Shown: positions 49,671 through 61,719 of the stretch, piece after piece
Layout: each line of letters begins with the position of its first letter
Numbering within the stretch: position 1 is the stretch's first letter
NCBI GenBank assembly: GCA_934120315.1
Contig: CAKOTX010000001.1
Location: 137,984-201,983, forward strand
Length of the DNA stretch: 64,000 nucleotides
Source of the DNA: an uncultured Clostridia bacterium
GTDB taxonomy: Bacteria; Bacillota; Clostridia; TANB77; CAG-508
Direction: 5' to 3'
The notes under the pieces: generated by a model
What the model saw: the letters and a program-made list of their open reading frames with translations, nothing else
What the model was told of the DNA's origin: nothing
Databases searched by the model: none
Position numbers and translations under genes: made by a program

Positions 49671-50546
49671 ATGGTTACAGCCGCATTAGTTAAAGAGCTT
49701 AGAGAAAAAACAGGTGCAGGAATGATGGACTGCAAAAAAGTATTAACAGAAACAGATGGAGATTTAGAAAAAGCATCTGAACTTTTACGTGAAAGAGGAA
49801 TAGCAAAAGCTGCTAAAAAATCAGGAAGAGTAGCAGCAGAAGGACTTGTAGAAGCATATATATCAGAAGACGAAAAAGTTGGAGCAATAGTAGAAGTTAA
49901 CTCAGAAACAGATTTCGTTGGAAAAAATGAAGAATTTAAAGCATTTGTAATGGATGTTGCAAAACAAGTAGTAAAAAATAATCCAGCAACAGTTGAAGAT
50001 TTATTAGCAGAACCTTCAGTAGCAGAAGAAGGAAAAACAGTACAAGAAGTATTAGTTGGAAAAATTGCTACAATTGGTGAAAACATCACAATCAGAAGAT
50101 TTGCAAGATTTGAAACAGCAGATGGTTTAATTGAAAAATATATTCACGGAGATGGAAAAATTGCAGTTTTAGTTAACATGAAAAATGGAAACAAAGAATT
50201 AGCAAAAGATATCTGTATGCAAATTGCAGCAGCAAGACCTGAATATGTAAGTAGAGAACAAGTTCCAGCTGAAAGATTAGAAAAAGAAAAAGAAATCTTA
50301 AAAGCTCAAACAATGAATGAAGGTAAACCAGAAGCTATTGCTGAAAAAATCGTTATGGGAAGAATTAATAAATTCTATGAAGAAATTTGTTTAGTTGATC
50401 AAGAATTTGTTAAAGATTCAAGCATGAAGGTTTCTCAAGTATTAAAAGATGCTTCAGTAGTAGAATTTGCTAGATTTGAAAAAGGTGAAGGAATCGAGAA
50501 AAAAGAAGAAAACTTTGCTGAAGAAGTTATGAAACAATTACAATAA
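49671..50546 (+). CDS. tsf: elongation factor Ts
   Basis: VKELREKTGAGMMDCKKVLTE. Confidence 0.95.
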   Translation: MVTAALVKELREKTGAGMMDCKKVLTETDGDLEKASELLRERGIAKAAKKSGRVAAEGLVEAYISEDEKVGAIVEVNSETDFVGKNEEFKAFVMDVAKQVVKNNPATVEDLLAEPSVAEEGKTVQEVLVGKIATIGENITIRRFARFETADGLIEKYIHGDGKIAVLVNMKNGNKELAKDICMQIAAARPEYVSREQVPAERLEKEKEILKAQTMNEGKPEAIAEKIVMGRINKFYEEICLVDQEFVKDSSMKVSQVLKDASVVEFARFEKGEGIEKKEENFAEEVMKQLQ

Positions 50547-50639
50547 GAAATTAGGGAATTAGATATAATCTAGTTCTCTTTTATTTTTGCTTTATTTTTA
50601 AAATAAAGTATGTTATAATACAGCAGAGGAGAAAAGATT

Positions 50640-51395
50640 ATGAAATTAATATCATGGAATGTAAATGGAATAAGAGCATGTATAACAAAAGGATTTAAAG
50701 AATTTTTTGAAGCAATTGATGCAGATATATTTTGTTTGCAAGAAACAAAATGCCAACCTGGACAAGTTGAATTAGAATTTGAAGGATATAAAAGTTATTG
50801 GAATAGTGCAGAAAGAAAAGGATATTCAGGAACAGCAATATTTACAAAAAAAGAACCATTAAAAGTAAGTTATGGAATCGGAATTGAAGAACATGACAAA
50901 GAAGGAAGAGTAATAACACTAGAATTTGAAAAATTCTACATGGTAACGATTTATACGCCAAATGCAAAAAGAGAATTAGAAAGATTGGATTACAGAATGA
51001 TTTGGGAAGATGAAGTAAGAAAATATTTATTAAAATTAAATGAAACTAAACCAGTAATAATGTGTGGAGACTTAAATGTAGCACATGAAGAAATTGACTT
51101 GAAAAATCCAAAAACAAATAGAGGTAATGCAGGATTCACTGATGAAGAAAGAGGAAAAATGACAGAACTATTAAATGCAGGTTTTGTAGATAGTTTTAGA
51201 TATTTATACCCAGATAAGACTGATAGTTATAGCTGGTGGTCATATATGGGACATGCAAGAGAGAAAAATGTAGGATGGAGAATTGATTATTTTATAACTT
51301 CAAAAGATATAGAAAGAAATATTAAAGAAGCAACAATTTATCCAGATATATTTGGAAGTGATCACTGTCCAGTAGGACTAGAAATAGAATTATAG
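50640..51395 (+). CDS. xth: exodeoxyribonuclease III (Xth/ExoA family AP endonuclease)
   Basis: MKLISWNVNGIRA...FCLQETK...GDLNVAHEEIDL...SDHCPV. Confidence 0.9.
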   Translation: MKLISWNVNGIRACITKGFKEFFEAIDADIFCLQETKCQPGQVELEFEGYKSYWNSAERKGYSGTAIFTKKEPLKVSYGIGIEEHDKEGRVITLEFEKFYMVTIYTPNAKRELERLDYRMIWEDEVRKYLLKLNETKPVIMCGDLNVAHEEIDLKNPKTNRGNAGFTDEERGKMTELLNAGFVDSFRYLYPDKTDSYSWWSYMGHAREKNVGWRIDYFITSKDIERNIKEATIYPDIFGSDHCPVGLEIEL

Positions 51396-51405
51396 GAGGA
51401 AATAT

Positions 51406-52545
51406 ATGAACGAAATAAAGAAAAATCTTTCGAAGTGGATGTACTGGTTTTTATTAGCTGTTTCAGTTATTTTAGTATATAAATTTTTAGATAATTTTAC
51501 TCAAATAGGAAATGCAATAAAAAGTTTTTTTGATACAATTGCACCATTTTTAGCAGGAACATTATTAGCATATTTGTTATATATACCAGCATCAAGAATA
51601 GAGAAAAAAATTGAAAAATCAAAAAGAAAATTTTTAAAGAAAAAGGCAAGAGGAATAAGTGTATTTATAACATTTGTAATAGCAATATTGTTGATAATCA
51701 TATTAGTAAATGTAATATTGCCAGTGGTAACAGAAAGTGTAATAGAATTAGTAAATAACTTTCAAGGATATTGGAATACTGCCGTCCAAAGAGTAAATGA
51801 CTTGCCAGAAGATTCAATATTAAAAAGTGAAAAGGTAACAGAAACCATAAAAGAAATAGGGGATAATATACAAAATATAGACTTAAAACAATATATAAAT
51901 CCTGAGAAAATAACTGGATATATAAAAAGTGTTATAGGTGTTGCTAGTGGAATATTTGATATATTTGTAGCAATAATTGTATCTGTATATATATTATTAC
52001 AAAGAGGACAAATAATGAGATTTTTCAGAAGATTATCGACAGCAATATTTGATGAAAAAATTTGTAATAAAATAGAAGAATATATAAATAGTACAAACAA
52101 TATATTTTATAAATTTATTAGTGGGCAATTAATTGATGCTGTGGTTGTTGGAATTATGGTTACAATCGCAATGAGTATAATAGGAGTAAAATATGCAGTT
52201 TTACTTGGATTCTTAATTGGATTATTTAATATAATTCCATATTTTGGAGCAATAATTGCTGTAGGAATAAGTATATTAATTACAATAATAACAGGAGGAC
52301 TTTCACAAGCAATTATTATGGCAATTGTAGTAATTGTGTTACAACAAATTGATTCGAATATAATAAATCCAAAGATAATAGGGGATTCTTTAGAAATAAG
52401 CCCTTTGATAGTAATATTTGCAGTAACAATTGGAGGTGCTTATTTTGGAGTACTAGGAATGTTTTTGGCAGTACCAGTAGCTGCTGTATTAAAAATAGTA
52501 ATAAATGATTGGGTAAATTATAAAAACGAAAATAAATATGTTTAA
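51406..52545 (+). CDS. AI-2E family transporter (UPF0118/PerM-like)
   Basis: 379 aa with about 8 TM segments. The conserved IPYFGAII...G region is typical of the family. Confidence 0.7.
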   Translation: MNEIKKNLSKWMYWFLLAVSVILVYKFLDNFTQIGNAIKSFFDTIAPFLAGTLLAYLLYIPASRIEKKIEKSKRKFLKKKARGISVFITFVIAILLIIILVNVILPVVTESVIELVNNFQGYWNTAVQRVNDLPEDSILKSEKVTETIKEIGDNIQNIDLKQYINPEKITGYIKSVIGVASGIFDIFVAIIVSVYILLQRGQIMRFFRRLSTAIFDEKICNKIEEYINSTNNIFYKFISGQLIDAVVVGIMVTIAMSIIGVKYAVLLGFLIGLFNIIPYFGAIIAVGISILITIITGGLSQAIIMAIVVIVLQQIDSNIINPKIIGDSLEISPLIVIFAVTIGGAYFGVLGMFLAVPVAAVLKIVINDWVNYKNENKYV

Positions 52546-52582
52546 AAAAAGTATTGAAAAATAAGTAAAAAAATGGTAATAT

Positions 52583-52613
52583 AAACTCATGCTGTACAGC
52601 ATGAGTTTTTTAT
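52583..52613 (+). terminator. intrinsic terminator
   Basis: AAACTCATGCTGTACAGCATGAGTTTTTTA. Confidence 0.65.
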
Positions 52614-52766
52614 CTATGTAGTTCATATGCATAGAACAATTTTGTACAAACAAATTTATGTCATATTAATTTAGGTCGCTTTTGTCGCTAAATTACAATC
52701 AAAGTAAAAAGAAGGCACATATCAGGTTGTAATTTTTTACGGTGCTGTAGGGAAAGAGGTGTGAAC

Positions 52767-53033
52767 ATGGAAAAAGAAATGATTGTAAAATTTGAAGAAT
52801 ATTTAAATAAAATGAAACAAAAGCAATTGAGAATAAGACAAAATGGTTTTATGATGAATCAGTTTTTTATAGAAAAATTGATGTACAAAATACAAGATGA
52901 TATATTAAGCTTAAGAGACAAAGATAAAGATGTATATTTATCGTTAAATTTAAATCAAGTTTATCAAGTGGAAATTGGTGAAAAGCAAATTATTTTATTC
53001 TTAGATAATGATACTGAAATTCAATTGAGTTAA
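52767..53033 (+). CDS. hypothetical small protein (88 aa)
   Basis: RBS AGAGGTG 5 nt before the ATG. No recognisable motif. Confidence 0.45.
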   Translation: MEKEMIVKFEEYLNKMKQKQLRIRQNGFMMNQFFIEKLMYKIQDDILSLRDKDKDVYLSLNLNQVYQVEIGEKQIILFLDNDTEIQLS

Positions 53034-53036
53034 TAT

Positions 53037-53076
53037 AAAAATAAGATTTTCTTCTTTTAGAAAATCTTATTTTTGT
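53037..53076. terminator. bidirectional terminator
   Basis: ATAAGATTTTC-ttctttta-GAAAATCTTAT followed by TTTTG. Confidence 0.6.
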
Positions 53077-53283
53077 TTAGTTTTTTGCTCTCATATTTTC
53101 TAAAGCCAATTTATCATTTTCATCAAGATTATCTAAACTATACTTAAGTAAAGTAATTACAGTCTTATTAAATGAAAGATTTTTTATAGTGGCTAAATTT
53201 TGTACGTCTTCAACAATATTATCTGGTAATCGTAAAGTCTTGCTAACACCGCTATGATTCTCGGGTATTTTTAAACTATTCAT
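53077..53283 (-). CDS. small ribbon-helix-helix (Arc/MetJ/CopG-like) DNA-binding protein
   Basis: VSKTLRLPDNIVEDVQNLATIKNLSFNKTVITLLKYSL fits the beta-strand plus two-helix RHH pattern. RBS AAGGAGGA. Confidence 0.5.
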   Translation of the reverse strand: MNSLKIPENHSGVSKTLRLPDNIVEDVQNLATIKNLSFNKTVITLLKYSLDNLDENDKLALENMRAKN

Positions 53284-53365
53284 AAGTATCCTCCTTATGC
53301 AATTATTTTATAACAAAAAGTAAAATAAATATGCACCCAATTATAGGTGCATATTCCAATATATT

Positions 53366-53929
53366 CTATTTTTTAGATTTCTTTTTTAGGAATATTGAAA
53401 TTGATATTATAAGAAGAATAGCAACTATAATTGCTATAACTCCAGGCCAACCTAATACTGCAACAATTTTACTTCCTAAAGACATTATAATTCCTGCTAA
53501 AACTACGCCAAGTGCAACAGCAGAAATACTTGTTTTAAAATCAAGATTTAAAAAGCTAGCTGCTAATGTACCAGTCCATGCGCCTGTTCCAGGTAAAGGA
53601 ATTCCTACAAATAAAAGTAATGCCCAAAATATTCCACTATTTCCTGCTGATGCTTTAAGTTTTTCTCCACCTTTTTCACCTTTTTCTAAACACCAAGTGA
53701 AAAATTTTCCTATTATTTTTTTATCTTTTCCCCATTCAAGGACTTTTCTTGCAAATAAATAAATTATAGGAACGGGAAGCATATTTCCTATTATTGCTAT
53801 TGGATAATATAAAAATATATTAAGCCCAAGACCTTCAGCAATTGGTATAGCTCCTCTTAGTTCTACAATAGGAACCATAGAAACTACAAAAACTATAAGG
53901 TATTTTATTAATAATGGTAAACTTGCCAT
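53366..53929 (-). CDS. small multidrug export-related membrane protein family (PF06695-like)
   Basis: Conserved VELRGAIP motif. 187 aa, 4-5 TM segments. RBS AAGGAGGA. Confidence 0.6.
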   Translation of the reverse strand: MASLPLLIKYLIVFVVSMVPIVELRGAIPIAEGLGLNIFLYYPIAIIGNMLPVPIIYLFARKVLEWGKDKKIIGKFFTWCLEKGEKGGEKLKASAGNSGIFWALLLFVGIPLPGTGAWTGTLAASFLNLDFKTSISAVALGVVLAGIIMSLGSKIVAVLGWPGVIAIIVAILLIISISIFLKKKSKK

Positions 53930-54285
53930 ATTTTCCTCCTTAAAAATTAACTTATTCTATTTTACTATAACATATAAAAAAGTCAAGGAAAATAGAATAA
54001 AAAATTTGAATAAAAAACATTGACAAACTTGTCTTAAATATGTTATTATAAATAATGTATGACTTTAAATAAAAATGGATATTTGTGCCATTTTTAGAAA
54101 GAAAAAAATTTAATTCACAATTGTTAAAAATTAGAAAAATAAGAATTAGATATATGGAAGTAAAATGTAGGAGTTGTGGAAGCAGACAATATCTGAAAAT
54201 TTATGAAAATATATAATAAGAAGAGATTTTTCTAAATAAAATAAAACATTTAAATCTGCTTAATATTTTTTAAGGAGTGATTTGT

Positions 54286-57200
54286 TTGAAAATCAAAGAT
54301 GTTCAGTTCGGAAGAACAACTCGTAAAGACTTTTCAAAAGTTGGAGATTACATTGAAATGCCAAACCTAATAAAAGTTCAAAAAGACTCTTATGATTGGT
54401 TTGTAGAAGAAGGACTTGGAGAAGTATTAAAAGATATTTCACCAATAATTGACTACTCAGGAAATTTAGTTCTAGAATTTTTCGATTATTACATGGAAGA
54501 CAAAACAAAATATACTGAAGAAGAAGCAAAAGAAAGAGATGCTACATATTCAACAAGATTACACGTAAAAGTAAGATTAATTAACCGTGAATCTGGAGAA
54601 ATAAAAGAGCAAGAAATTTATTTAGGTGATTTTCCATTAATGACAGAAAGTGGAACATTCATTATTAATGGTGCAGAAAGAGTTGTAGTAAGCCAATTAG
54701 TTCGTTCACCAGGATGCTACTATGACGAGATATTTGACACAAAAACAGGAAAGAAAACTTATACATCAACAGTAATGCCATTAAGAGGTGCTTGGATTGA
54801 ATACGAAACAGATGGAAATGATATGTTCTGGGTACGTGTTGATAGAACAAGAAAAATACCAGTAACAACATTATTAAGAGCCATTGGATTAGTATCAGAT
54901 GACCAAATCAGATCATTATTTGGAGAAGAAAATTTATTAGAAACAACAATTCAAAAAGATCCAATTAAAACAAACGAAGAAGCATTAATAGAAATTTATA
55001 AGAAATTAAGACCAGGAGAATTACCAACAGTAGAAGCCGCAAGAAGCTTATTTAATGGATTATTCTTTGATAATAGAAGATATGATTTAGCAAAAGTAGG
55101 AAGATATAAATTCAACCAAAAATTAAGCATTGCAAATAGAATCAAAAATAAAGTTGCATTTGATGACATCATGGATAAAGAAACTGGAGAAGTATTTGTA
55201 GCAGCTGGAGAAATAATTACACCAGAAGTTGCAGAAGATATTCAAAATGCAGGAATAAATATAGTAGATTTAAAAATTGGTGACAAAAAAGTTAGAGTAA
55301 TAGGAAATGGAATTGTAAATATTCACAAAGTATTACCAAATGTAGATTTAAGTAGCTTACATTTCAAAGAAGATGTAAATTATGAAGTATTGAAAAACAT
55401 TATGGAAAATACAAGTGAAGAAGATTTAGTAAGTACAATTAAAGAAAGATATGATGAATTAGTACCAAAACATATTACAACAGAAGATATGATTGCATCA
55501 GTAAACTACTTATTAAATATGTATAATGGATTAGGAAAGAAAGATGATATAGATCATTTAGCTAACCGTAGAATAAGATGTGTTGGAGAATTATTACAAA
55601 ATCAATTTAGAATTGGTTTAACAAGACTTGAAAGAGTTGTTCGTGAAAGAATGACAATACAAGACTTAGATGTTATAACACCACAAACATTAATTAATAC
55701 CAAACCAATAACATCATCAATAAGAGAATTCTTTGGAAGTTCACAATTATCACAATTCATGGACCAAACAAACCCACTTTCAGAATTAACACATAAAAGA
55801 AGAATTTCAGCATTAGGACCTGGAGGACTTTCAAGAGAAAGAGCTGGATTCGAGGTACGTGATATTCACTATACACACTATGGTAGACTATGTCCAATTG
55901 AATCTCCAGAAGGACCAAACATTGGATTAATTTCAGCATTGTCATCATTTGCAAATATTAATGAATATGGATTTATCGAAACACCATATAGAAAAATAGA
56001 TCCAGAAACACATAGAGTTACAGATATTGTTGAATACATGAGTGCAGATGTAGAAGATAATTATACAATAGCTCAAGCATCTGAACCAATGGATGAAAAC
56101 GGAGAATTTATTAACAAACGTGTACGTGTAAGACGTAGAAATGAAATTATCGAAGTAGATAAAAATGAAGTTCAATATATAGATGTATCACCAAAACAAT
56201 TAGTATCAATAGCTGCAGCCATGATACCATTCTTAGAGAACGATGATGCTAAGAGATCATTGATGGGATCAAACATGCAACGTCAAGCTGTTCCATTAAT
56301 GACAACAGAAGCTCCAATAATTGCAACAGGTATAGAATACAGAGCTGCAATGGATTCAGGAATATTAGTTCTAGCTGAAGACGATGGAGTTGTAGAAAAA
56401 GTTACTAGTGATAGTATTACAATGAAATATAATAATGGAAAAACTGTTATCCACAAATTACGTAAGTTCAAGAGAACAAATGGTGGAACATGTATAAACC
56501 AAAGACCTATAGTAAGAAAAGGTGAAATGGTTAAAAAAGGTGATGCCTTAGCAGATGGACCTGCAACAAAAGATGGAGAAATGGCATTAGGTAAAAATAT
56601 GCTTGTTGCATTCTCTACATGGGAAGGTTATAACTACGAGGATGCTATTCTTTTAAATGAAAGATTAGTACAAGAAGATATATTCACATCAATTCACATT
56701 GAAGAATATGATTGTGAATGCCGTGATACAAAACTAGGTGCAGAAGAAATCACAAGAGATATTCCAAATGTTGGTGATGATGCATTAAAAGACCTAGATG
56801 AAAACGGAATTATAAGAATTGGTGCAGAAGTAAGACCTGGAGATATATTAGTTGGTAAAGTAACTCCAAAAGGAGAAACAGAACTAACAGCAGAAGAAAG
56901 ATTACTTCGTGCTATATTTGGAGAAAAAGCTAGAGAGGTAAGAGATACATCACTTCGTGTACCACATGGTGAAGCTGGAACAATAGTTGATGTAAAAATC
57001 TTTACAAGAGATAATTCAGAAGAATTAGGCCCTGGAGTAAATCAAGTAATTAGATGTTATATTGCAACTAAGAGAAAAATATCAGTTGGTGATAAAATGG
57101 CTGGACGTCATGGTAACAAAGGTGTAATTTCAAGAATATTACCAAAAGAAGATATGCCATTCTTACCAGATGGAACACCAATAGACATTTTATTAAACCC

Positions 57201-58002
57201 ATTAGGTATACCATCTCGTATGAACTTAGGACAAATCCTAGAAGTTCACTTAGGTGCTGCTGCAAGAGCATTAGGATACAAAGTATCAACACCAGTATTT
57301 GATGGTGCATCAGAACCAGAAATAGAAGAATTATTAAAAGAAGCTGGATTAACACCAGATGGAAAACAAACTTTATATGATGGTAGAACAGGAGAAGCAT
57401 TTGACAAACCAATTACAGTTGGTGTTATGTATATGTTAAAGCTACATCACTTAGTTGATGATAAAATACATGCTCGTTCAACTGGACCATACTCATTAGT
57501 AACACAACAACCACTTGGAGGTAAAGCTCAATTCGGTGGACAACGTTTCGGAGAGATGGAAGTTTGGGCACTAGAAGCATATGGTGCAGCATATACATTA
57601 CAAGAAATTTTAACAGTAAAATCAGATGATACTGTTGGACGTGTTAAAGCATATGAAGCAATTGTTAAAGGTGAAAATATTCCTGAACCAGGAGTTCCAG
57701 AAAGCTTTAAAGTTCTTGTAAAAGAATTACAAGCATTAGGATTAGACATTAAATTATATTCTGAAAATAATGAAGAACTAGAATTAAAAGAACATATTGA
57801 AGACGGAATTGATTATGATGAAACATCAGAAGGAAAAACATTAACAGAAGATGATGTTTTAATTCATGAAGACTTAGAAGATGGATATTCTGAAGAAGAT
57901 GAAGAAATGGCTGATGATGAAGACGAAGATAATGATGAATTATTTAATGATGATGATTTAGATGATGATGAAGATATCTACGGAAAAGATGATATGGAAT
58001 AA
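54286..58002 (+). CDS. rpoB: DNA-directed RNA polymerase subunit beta
   Basis: Probable TTG start 8 nt after AAGGAG. Conserved beta-subunit motifs throughout. About 45-aa acidic C-terminal tail ([24 protein letters not shown]...). Confidence 0.95.
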   Translation: MKIKDVQFGRTTRKDFSKVGDYIEMPNLIKVQKDSYDWFVEEGLGEVLKDISPIIDYSGNLVLEFFDYYMEDKTKYTEEEAKERDATYSTRLHVKVRLINRESGEIKEQEIYLGDFPLMTESGTFIINGAERVVVSQLVRSPGCYYDEIFDTKTGKKTYTSTVMPLRGAWIEYETDGNDMFWVRVDRTRKIPVTTLLRAIGLVSDDQIRSLFGEENLLETTIQKDPIKTNEEALIEIYKKLRPGELPTVEAARSLFNGLFFDNRRYDLAKVGRYKFNQKLSIANRIKNKVAFDDIMDKETGEVFVAAGEIITPEVAEDIQNAGINIVDLKIGDKKVRVIGNGIVNIHKVLPNVDLSSLHFKEDVNYEVLKNIMENTSEEDLVSTIKERYDELVPKHITTEDMIASVNYLLNMYNGLGKKDDIDHLANRRIRCVGELLQNQFRIGLTRLERVVRERMTIQDLDVITPQTLINTKPITSSIREFFGSSQLSQFMDQTNPLSELTHKRRISALGPGGLSRERAGFEVRDIHYTHYGRLCPIESPEGPNIGLISALSSFANINEYGFIETPYRKIDPETHRVTDIVEYMSADVEDNYTIAQASEPMDENGEFINKRVRVRRRNEIIEVDKNEVQYIDVSPKQLVSIAAAMIPFLENDDAKRSLMGSNMQRQAVPLMTTEAPIIATGIEYRAAMDSGILVLAEDDGVVEKVTSDSITMKYNNGKTVIHKLRKFKRTNGGTCINQRPIVRKGEMVKKGDALADGPATKDGEMALGKNMLVAFSTWEGYNYEDAILLNERLVQEDIFTSIHIEEYDCECRDTKLGAEEITRDIPNVGDDALKDLDENGIIRIGAEVRPGDILVGKVTPKGETELTAEERLLRAIFGEKAREVRDTSLRVPHGEAGTIVDVKIFTRDNSEELGPGVNQVIRCYIATKRKISVGDKMAGRHGNKGVISRILPKEDMPFLPDGTPIDILLNPLGIPSRMNLGQILEVHLGAAARALGYKVSTPVFDGASEPEIEELLKEAGLTPDGKQTLYDGRTGEAFDKPITVGVMYMLKLHHLVDDKIHARSTGPYSLVTQQPLGGKAQFGGQRFGEMEVWALEAYGAAYTLQEILTVKSDDTVGRVKAYEAIVKGENIPEPGVPESFKVLVKELQALGLDIKLYSENNEELELKEHIEDGIDYDETSEGKTLTEDDVLIHEDLEDGYSEEDEEMADDEDEDNDELFNDDDLDDDEDIYGKDDME

Positions 58003-58024
58003 ATTAATTAAATAGATTTTCAAA

Positions 58025-58076
58025 AGTATTTAGGCGACGGAAAGGTTTGCAAGAGCAGAGGTTAGACCTAAATACT
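58025..58076 (+). promoter_or_regulatory. GC-rich hairpin in the rpoB-rpoC spacer (candidate RNase III or processing site)
   Basis: AGTATTTAGG-(32 nt GC-rich)-CCTAAATACT. Confidence 0.4.
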
Positions 58077-58123
58077 GTTTGAAAATTACCCAAAAAATTT
58101 AAGAAGGGGGACATCTAATAAAG

Positions 58124-61100
58124 ATGGATGAATTAGAGATATTCAACAAAATAAAAATAGGAATTGCATCAGATGAAAAAATAAGAGAATGGTCAAAAGG
58201 TGAAGTAAAAAAACCAGAGACTATAAACTATAGAACATTAAAACCAGAAAAAGATGGTTTATTTTGTGAAAAAATATTTGGACCAACAAAAGACTGGGAA
58301 TGTCATTGTGGTAAATATAAAAGAGTAAGATATAAAGGTATAGTTTGTGATAGGTGTGGTGTTGAAGTAACAAAGGCAAAAGTAAGAAGAGAAAGAATGG
58401 GACACATTGAACTTGCTGCACCAGTTGCACATATTTGGTATTTCAAAGGAATTCCAAGTAGAATTGCCCTAATGCTAGATGTATCACCAAGAAATCTTGA
58501 AAAAGTTATTTATTTTGCTTCTTATATCGTAACAGATAAAGGAACTTCAGGATTAGAAAAATGCCAAGTTTTAAATGAAAAAGAATACCATGATGCAGAA
58601 GAAAAATATGGTAAAAAATCATTTAAAGCAGAAATGGGTGCTGAAGCAATAAGGAAATTATTAGCAGAAATCGATTTAGATAAATTAACTGCTGAAATTG
58701 AAAAAGACTTAGAAACAGCAAGTGAACAAAGAAAAGCAAAATTAATAAAAAGACTAGATACAGTAGAAGCATTTAGAAATTCAGGAAATAGACCTGAATG
58801 GATGGTAATGAATGTTGTGCCAGTAATTCCACCTGATTTAAGACCAATGGTTCAATTAGACGGTGGTAGATTTGCAACATCAGACTTAAATGATTTATAT
58901 AGAAGAGTAATAAACAGAAATAACAGATTAAAGAGATTACTTGAACTTGGAGCACCAGAAATCATTGTAAGAAATGAAAAAAGAATGTTACAAGAATCAG
59001 TAGATGCTTTAATTGATAACTCAAGACGTGGAAGACCTGTTACAGGTGCTGGAAACAGACCATTAAAATCTTTATCAGATTTATTAAAAGGAAAACAAGG
59101 TAGATTCCGTCAAAACTTATTAGGAAAAAGAGTTGACTACTCAGGTCGTTCTGTAATCGTAGTAGGACCTGAATTAAAACTATATCAATGTGGACTTCCA
59201 AAAGAAATGGCAATAGAATTATTCAAACCATTTGTAATGAGAGAATTAGTGGGAAGACACTTAGCACACAATATTAAGAGTGCAAAAAGAATGGTAGAAA
59301 GATTAAGTCCAGAAGTATGGGGAATCCTAGAAGAAGTTATTAAAGATCACCCAGTAATGCTTAACCGTGCTCCTACACTACACAGACTAGGTATACAAGC
59401 ATTTGAACCAGTATTAGTAGAAGGTAGAGCAATCAAGTTACATGCATTAGTATGTGAAGCTTTCAACGCTGACTTCGATGGTGACCAGATGGCTGTTCAC
59501 TTACCATTAACACCAGAAGCACAAGCAGAATCAAGATATTTAATGCTTGCAACAAATAACTTATTGAAACCACAAGATGGTAAGCCAGTAGCTGTACCAA
59601 GACTAGACATGATTTTAGGAAGTTATTATTTAACAATGACATTAGATGGAGAATTAGGAGAAGGAAAATATTTCAAAGATCCTGATGAAGCATTAATGGC
59701 TTTCCAAAACAAAGTAGTTTCAATACATGCAAAAATCTTTGTAAGAGTAAGCAAAGAAATTGATGGAGAAATCAAAACTAAGAAAATTCCTACAAGTGTT
59801 GGTAGAATTATCTTTAACCAAGGTATTCCACAAGACTTAGGATTTATAGATAGAAAAGAAGATCCATTCCAATACGAAATTGATTTCCCAGTTATGAAGA
59901 AGTCAATGGGAACAATTATTGAAAGAGTAATTGATAAACATGGATTAACAGAATCTGCAGAAGTAATTGATTATATCAAAGCTTTAGGATTCAAATATTC
60001 AACAGTTGCAGGTATCACATTCTCAGTAGCAGATGTTGAAGTACCAGCAGCAAAGAAAGAAATATTAGCAGAAGCTGATAAACAAGTTGAAAAAGTTAGA
60101 AACCAATATAGAAGAGGTTTAATAACAGATGATGAAAGATATCAATCAGTTGTTAACATCTGGGAAAAGGCTACAAACGATGTAAGTAAAGCAATGGAAG
60201 AAAACTTTGATGACTTGAACCCAATATACATGATGGTTAAATCAGGAGCCCGTGGTAACATGAACCAATTAAGACAAATTGCAGGTATGCGTGGACTTAT
60301 GGCTAGTACAACTGGTAAAGCAGTTGAAATTCCAATTAAGTCATGTTTCCGTGAAGGTCTAGATGCATTGGAATACTTCATATCATCACATGGTGCTCGT
60401 AAAGGACTTTCAGATACAGCTTTAAGAACAGCAGACTCTGGATACTTAACAAGAAGATTAGTAGATGTATCACAAGATATCATTGTTAGAGAACATGATT
60501 GTGGAACAGATGAAGGATTAATGTTAGAGGATATTAAAGATGGAAATCAAGTTGTAGAAGGTCTAGAAGAAAGACTAGAAGGAAGATATCCATTAAATGA
60601 TATTACAAATCCAACAACTGGAGAATTAATTGTTGATACAAATACAATGATAAATAAAGAAATTGCAAAACAAATAGTAGATGCAGGAATTACACAAGTT
60701 TTTGTACGTTCAGTAATTGGATGTAGAGGAAAACATGGTGTATGTCAAAAATGCTATGGTATGGGATTAGCAAGAAGAGAATTAGTATCAATTGGTGAAT
60801 CTGTTGGTATTATTGCAGCTCAATCAATTGGTGAACCTGGTACACAGTTAACCATGAGAACAATTCACTCTGGTGGTGTTGCTGGTGTTGCTGATATCAC
60901 TCAAGGTCTTCCAAGAGTTGAGGAAATCTTTGAAGCTAGAAAACCAAAGGGTGTTGCAGTAATTACAGAAATTGATGGTAAAGTAAAAATTTCTGAATCT
61001 AAGAAGAAATTAGAAGTAATTGTAACTTCTAGTGATGATTCAAGAACATATACAATACCATTTGGATCAAAATTAAAAGTTAAAGATGGAGACGAAGTAA

Positions 61101-61681
61101 AAGCTGCACAACCACTTATTGAAGGTTCTATAAACCCAGCTGAAATTTTAGCAATAAAAGGTCCAGAGGGAGTTTATGAATATGTAATTTCTGAAATTCA
61201 AAAAGCATATAGAAGCCAAGGTGTTGATATTAATGATAAACACGTTGAAGTAATTGCAAGACAAATGCTTAGAAAGATGAGAGTTGAGGATGGTGGAGAT
61301 ACAGATATGTTCCCAGGATCTTTGGTGGATATGTATGAATTCTCAGATAAGAATAAAGCTGCTATTGCAGAAGGAAAACGTCCTGCAACTGGTAAGAGAG
61401 CATTACTAGGAATTACAAAAGCTTCTCTTGCAACAGATAGCTTCTTATCAGCTGCATCATTCCAAGAAACAACAAGAGTATTAACAGAAGCAGCAATTAA
61501 AGGTAAGGAAGATGATTTATTAGGATTAAAAGAAAATGTAATCATTGGTAAATTAATTCCTGCTGGTACTGGTATGAAGAGATATCAAGATGTTCAAATA
61601 AAAGTTGAAGGTCAAGATGAAGTTACTACTAGTGAAGAGACAGAAGAACAAGCTGAAACAGAAAATAATGATATAGCATAA
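58124..61681 (+). CDS. rpoC: DNA-directed RNA polymerase subunit beta'
   Basis: Zinc-binding [23 protein letters not shown]. Catalytic NADFDGDQM. Confidence 0.95.
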   Translation: MDELEIFNKIKIGIASDEKIREWSKGEVKKPETINYRTLKPEKDGLFCEKIFGPTKDWECHCGKYKRVRYKGIVCDRCGVEVTKAKVRRERMGHIELAAPVAHIWYFKGIPSRIALMLDVSPRNLEKVIYFASYIVTDKGTSGLEKCQVLNEKEYHDAEEKYGKKSFKAEMGAEAIRKLLAEIDLDKLTAEIEKDLETASEQRKAKLIKRLDTVEAFRNSGNRPEWMVMNVVPVIPPDLRPMVQLDGGRFATSDLNDLYRRVINRNNRLKRLLELGAPEIIVRNEKRMLQESVDALIDNSRRGRPVTGAGNRPLKSLSDLLKGKQGRFRQNLLGKRVDYSGRSVIVVGPELKLYQCGLPKEMAIELFKPFVMRELVGRHLAHNIKSAKRMVERLSPEVWGILEEVIKDHPVMLNRAPTLHRLGIQAFEPVLVEGRAIKLHALVCEAFNADFDGDQMAVHLPLTPEAQAESRYLMLATNNLLKPQDGKPVAVPRLDMILGSYYLTMTLDGELGEGKYFKDPDEALMAFQNKVVSIHAKIFVRVSKEIDGEIKTKKIPTSVGRIIFNQGIPQDLGFIDRKEDPFQYEIDFPVMKKSMGTIIERVIDKHGLTESAEVIDYIKALGFKYSTVAGITFSVADVEVPAAKKEILAEADKQVEKVRNQYRRGLITDDERYQSVVNIWEKATNDVSKAMEENFDDLNPIYMMVKSGARGNMNQLRQIAGMRGLMASTTGKAVEIPIKSCFREGLDALEYFISSHGARKGLSDTALRTADSGYLTRRLVDVSQDIIVREHDCGTDEGLMLEDIKDGNQVVEGLEERLEGRYPLNDITNPTTGELIVDTNTMINKEIAKQIVDAGITQVFVRSVIGCRGKHGVCQKCYGMGLARRELVSIGESVGIIAAQSIGEPGTQLTMRTIHSGGVAGVADITQGLPRVEEIFEARKPKGVAVITEIDGKVKISESKKKLEVIVTSSDDSRTYTIPFGSKLKVKDGDEVKAAQPLIEGSINPAEILAIKGPEGVYEYVISEIQKAYRSQGVDINDKHVEVIARQMLRKMRVEDGGDTDMFPGSLVDMYEFSDKNKAAIAEGKRPATGKRALLGITKASLATDSFLSAASFQETTRVLTEAAIKGKEDDLLGLKENVIIGKLIPAGTGMKRYQDVQIKVEGQDEVTTSEETEEQAETENNDIA

Positions 61682-61683
61682 CT

Positions 61684-61719
61684 AAAAAGAGGAAACTTTT
61701 AATGGAGTTTCCTCTTTTA
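61684..61719. terminator. bidirectional terminator after rpoC
   Basis: AAAAGAGGAAACT-tttaatgg-AGTTTCCTCTTTT. Confidence 0.65.

Noticed and set aside
53077-53283. Type II toxin-antitoxin call for the RHH protein
   Set aside because: No adjacent small toxin-like ORF (ParE/RelE/Doc/PIN) in operon with it. The upstream gene is a membrane protein and the convergent gene is separated by a terminator.
54277-54285. GTG at 54277 as the rpoB start (as in the ORF track)
   Set aside because: The GTG overlaps the AAGGAG Shine-Dalgarno itself. The in-frame TTG at 54286 has proper 8-nt spacing, so 54286 is the more plausible start.
54020-54285. 20-codon ORF MEVKCRSCGSRQYLKIYENI in the rpoB leader
   Set aside because: No Shine-Dalgarno upstream. 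It lies in a long AT-rich leader where short ORFs arise by chance. Not reported as a gene.
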